Of a DNA stretch of 64,000 bases, positions 62,516 through 64,000 are shown piece after piece (the first letter of the stretch is position 1; each line of letters opens with the position of its first letter). A model generated the notes under the pieces. The model made no database searches, had not been told where the DNA came from, and saw only the letters and a list, made by a program, of their open reading frames with translations. The position numbers and the translations under genes are program-made. The stretch is from an uncultured Nitrospira sp. (GTDB lineage Bacteria; Nitrospirota; Nitrospiria; Nitrospirales; Nitrospiraceae): positions 3,162 to 67,161 of the forward strand of contig CAZEHM010000009.1 in assembly GCA_964512025.1 (NCBI GenBank), read 5' to 3'.

Positions 62516-64000
62516 CTAGCGTCCTTCCGCAATGTCTTTTCCGACCAGGACATCGTATGGAGCAAAATCATCGGTGAGCTCAAGTCCCTTCGGCCAAGGA
62601 TCGCTCCGGTGCGTATTCAGCAATGCAACCGCTTCCCCCGGTAATTGCCGATTCAATGCCATCTCCGTCACCTTTGCGATAAATGCGTCCTGTCCGCGTT
62701 GAGCGACCGGGGTGCCCGCGAAAAAAATCAGGTTCGCTGCTTTCGTTTGCTCGCTCTTCCAGGGTCCTTTGACGGCAAACGTTTCGATGACCGGAAATTC
62801 GCCCCGCATCGTCTGCACCACTGCTGCCGCCCGCGTGTTATCAACATCTTCACCTGACGACGCCAGATTCACCGCCACAACCCCGTCCGGCTTCAGATGC
62901 GCGCGCACTGCAGCGTAAAACTCTTTTGTCGTGAGATGAAATGGAATCATGTGCCGGGCAAAGGCATCAATCCAAATCACGTCGTAGAGGTGATCGGTCG
63001 TATTCAGGAATGCCCGCCCATCCTTGACACGCACATGGTGATTGGCCGGAGGATGATACTCAAAATAGTCCTCCGCCATCCGTACCACCACCGGATCGAA
63101 CTCGATGATGTCCATTTCGAGGTCGGGCCAGTACTGTGCCAGCCACTTGGCCAGCGAGCCGCCTCCATGCCCGAGAATCAATCCTCGTTGCGGCTGATTC
63201 ACCAAGGCCAGAGAGGCGACCATGAGTTGACTGTAGGGCAGAAACAGCGGGAGCGGATCGGCCTTCCACATGACCGCATGGAACGTACGGTCCAGCACGA
63301 GATAGCGGAACAGTTGGTCATCCCGTACCCGCACTTGCTGATAGGGGCTGTCCTCTTGATGAACCGGCGGGTTCAATTTCTGTATGGGATGGAGCGCCAG
63401 TGCGACGAAGAGGCCGCTGCAGGCCAGACCGAGCAATTTCCCGACAGCTCCGACCTTCGCACCCCGCCAGAGCCACAGCAATCCCAGGGCAACCTGGATG
63501 GTGCCCAGCCAGGCCACCAGCGCCTGGCTCCCGATCCACGAGAGCAGAAAGAACGCGGTACCCCAGGTCCCGATCAAGCTTCCCACGGTAGACAAGGCGA
63601 TCATGCGGCCCGTATGGCGGCCCAAGTGCCCCATATCGGAGACGGCCAGGCGCAACATCGCCGGCAACACCCCGCTCAATCCGAACGCGGGCGGGGCCAG
63701 AAGGATCGTGGCCGCAACGCACGGCCCCCACCGCGGATCCTGAATCCAGGCATCCACCTGAAACAGGACCGGCTGGCTGGCCCAGGCGACGAGAAAGGTC
63801 CAAGACCCGGAAAAGAGCAACAGCCCGGCGAGCACCGTCCCCCCCGCATACCGATCTGACGCCCATCCGCCGAACGCGTAACCGCTGCTCATCGCGGCAA
63901 GGATGACCCCGATCAACGCCCCCCATACGAACAAGGAATTCCCGAAGACAGGCGCGAGCAGGCGACTGCCGAGGATTTCCAGCGCCATCACGACCGCGCC
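62516..64000 (-). CDS. Membrane-fused spermidine synthase-like SAM-dependent transferase (5' end outside the window)
   Basis: LEILGSRLLAP.FG TM region; LILGHGGGSL, IEFDP, DGRAFL, DAF. Confidence 0.88.
   Translation of the reverse strand, partial: GAVVMALEILGSRLLAPVFGNSLFVWGALIGVILAAMSSGYAFGGWASDRYAGGTVLAGLLLFSGSWTFLVAWASQPVLFQVDAWIQDPRWGPCVAATILLAPPAFGLSGVLPAMLRLAVSDMGHLGRHTGRMIALSTVGSLIGTWGTAFFLLSWIGSQALVAWLGTIQVALGLLWLWRGAKVGAVGKLLGLACSGLFVALALHPIQKLNPPVHQEDSPYQQVRVRDDQLFRYLVLDRTFHAVMWKADPLPLFLPYSQLMVASLALVNQPQRGLILGHGGGSLAKWLAQYWPDLEMDIIEFDPVVVRMAEDYFEYHPPANHHVRVKDGRAFLNTTDHLYDVIWIDAFARHMIPFHLTTKEFYAAVRAHLKPDGVVAVNLASSGEDVDNTRAAAVVQTMRGEFPVIETFAVKGPWKSEQTKAANLIFFAGTPVAQRGQDAFIAKVTEMALNRQLPGEAVALLNTHRSDPWPKGLELTDDFAPYDVLVGKDIAEGR

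Noticed and set aside
1..64000. CRISPR array, rRNA, transposase, prophage or defence system
   Set aside because: No spaced direct repeats or diagnostic protein motifs found by eye.

Overview
This 64-kb window is GC-rich bacterial chromosome with dense, mostly minus-strand genes. Gene content and order suggest Nitrospira (Nitrospirota); this is my inference, not a database result. Left end: PAP2 phosphatase, TolB/PD40 protein, M1 peptidase, a double-receiver regulator, and phoH-ybeY-ftsY. 7.4-22.6 kb is a type IV pilus locus with pilD and two complete minor-pilin sets: fimT-pilV-pilW-pilX-(pilY2-like)-pilY1 plus an Ig-repeat protein, and a second fimT-pilV-pilW-large pilX set followed by a PilB/GspE ATPase. 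Each set has a sigma54-like motif upstream. Housekeeping blocks follow: rlmB-cysS-dedA-surE-tRNA-Pro(GGG)-merR-ihfA; cimA-lysC-apgM-like-thrC-hom-aminotransferase; pdxJ-nnr-tsaE-lapA-mutS. 41.9-46.7 kb is an accessory signalling/envelope module (kinase, NarL-type regulator, CxxC mini-protein, Pal paralogue, lipoprotein, orphan four-helix-bundle sensor). 46.9-48.1 kb holds two related secreted proteins of unknown function behind a near-consensus sigma70 promoter. The rimP-nusA-infB-rbfA-truB-rpsO-pnp operon follows, then a PLP class IV aminotransferase, I42, Rieske, DUF192, ferredoxin, a nitrosocyanin-like cupredoxin and a partial membrane-fused spermidine synthase. I found no CRISPR, rRNA, transposase or integrase. 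The best novelty candidates are the secreted protein pair, the PilY1-less second pilin module, the His-substituted nitrosocyanin-like protein, the degenerate ApgM-like enzyme and a possible split sensor system. All functional calls come from motif recognition by eye.
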